Shown: positions 63,036 through 64,000 of the stretch, one piece after another
Layout: every line of letters begins with the position of its first letter
How positions within the stretch are numbered: the stretch's first letter is position 1
Origin: a virus
Taxonomy: Duplodnaviria > Heunggongvirae > Uroviricota > Caudoviricetes
Virus record (IMG/VR): IMGVR_UViG_3300010882_000009
Length of the DNA: 64,000 nucleotides
Strand: one strand, 5' to 3'
Notes under the pieces: model-generated
The model's input: the letters and a program-made list of their open reading frames with translations, nothing else
What the model was told of the DNA's origin: nothing
Database searches by the model: none
Position numbers and translations under genes: made by a program

Positions 63036-64000
63036 TTATACAGGCGATATTCCTGTTTGTACAAAATCAAATATTGCAACATTCCCACTTATACTAACAT
63101 CATTCTGTTCTATTGTATTACTATTTTCTATTTGTACCATATCATATAAATTAAATGATATAGCATCTGCAAACATTCCTAAGTTCATACTTTCAATTGT
63201 ATTATCATTAATATTAGATTCTACTTCTGCAAAATCAAATGTAATAATAGAATAAATATTTAATATATTATTTTCAATCTTTTTCAATGCATTCCCAGGC
63301 ATTGTTATTTGATTTGTATGCCATAGTGGACTTCCTGTAATAGTATTATATTGAAGTGTTGTAAATTGTGTCGCTTGAAATGTAATAGAAGCATTTGGTG
63401 ATATTGCTGTAAAAAACTCTATAATTAGTTCGCTACCAGATACATATATATTAGAAATTGGAACATATTTGCCACCTTGTATAACTATTATATCTCTTTC
63501 AGGATTATTTCTATTAATTGTTTGTGAAAATGATATAGGATAATTCCCTTTTATTTTTACAGAATTATTTGATAACCATGAAATACTTTCAATATCAAAT
63601 GTATCATCTGTATCTTTTGTCATTGCAAAATTTGCTCCACCAATAACTTTTGCAGAAATAGATGTAAATCCCGGCTTAATAGCCTGCCCTATTAGTACGC
63701 GCTCAGAAACAAATAGTTTATTACAACCAGTTACAGCAAATCCCATACGATAATCATTTAATCTATGTACATTAATATACGTATTTCCGACTCCTGCTTC
63801 ACTTATAACTTGCTCTGGATACCATATTTCATTACCAGACGCAGTTCCTACTAGCTGTCTATAAGCAACACTACCGTCTGTTTTAACATATGCTATAATT
63901 AACCCCATATCACGTTCAAGATACTCTAAACTATTCCACCCACGGCAAGCTGATAGCTTTACAATGCCACTTGCTAAACTAATGCGTGTTGATATATCAT
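63036..64000 (-). CDS. putative virion structural protein, 5' end beyond the window
   Basis: Frame of 63036..63908 stays open to the window edge. Confidence 0.6.
   Translation of the reverse strand, partial: DISTRISLASGIVKLSACRGWNSLEYLERDMGLIIAYVKTDGSVAYRQLVGTASGNEIWYPEQVISEAGVGNTYINVHRLNDYRMGFAVTGCNKLFVSERVLIGQAIKPGFTSISAKVIGGANFAMTKDTDDTFDIESISWLSNNSVKIKGNYPISFSQTINRNNPERDIIVIQGGKYVPISNIYVSGSELIIEFFTAISPNASITFQATQFTTLQYNTITGSPLWHTNQITMPGNALKKIENNILNIYSIITFDFAEVESNINDNTIESMNLGMFADAISFNLYDMVQIENSNTIEQNDVSISGNVAIFDFVQTGISPV

Overview
AT-rich, densely coding segment of a large, probably temperate phage of an anaerobic Bacillota host (inferred from gene content and order). Nearly all genes from 1 to 60.4 kb are on the + strand and meet - strand virion-like genes at a bidirectional terminator (60449-60483). 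Modules: RNA ligase and CCA-adding enzyme; Xis, tyrosine integrase and an attP-like site carrying the 3' half of tRNA-Gln(TTG); a five-gene NAD+ cluster (PncA, Prs-like, NAMPT-like, NADAR fusion, NadE); a replication block (SSB-like, AAA ATPase, DnaB, primase, PD-(D/E)XK nuclease, DnaE, RecD2, LigA); and nucleotide metabolism (ThyX-like, dNMP kinase, glutaredoxin-like, NrdD, two activases, FTR-like, dUTPase). The best candidate for an undescribed system is the NAD cluster, which looks like a deamidated (nicotinate/NaAD) variant of the NARP1 anti-defence pathway. Also notable: ligA split by a 1992-bp group I intron/TnpB element (IStron) without TnpA, two ORF-less IS200/IS605 miniatures, and dispersed 7-6-7 palindromes at gene boundaries. 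All calls come from reading motifs by eye; no database searches were run.
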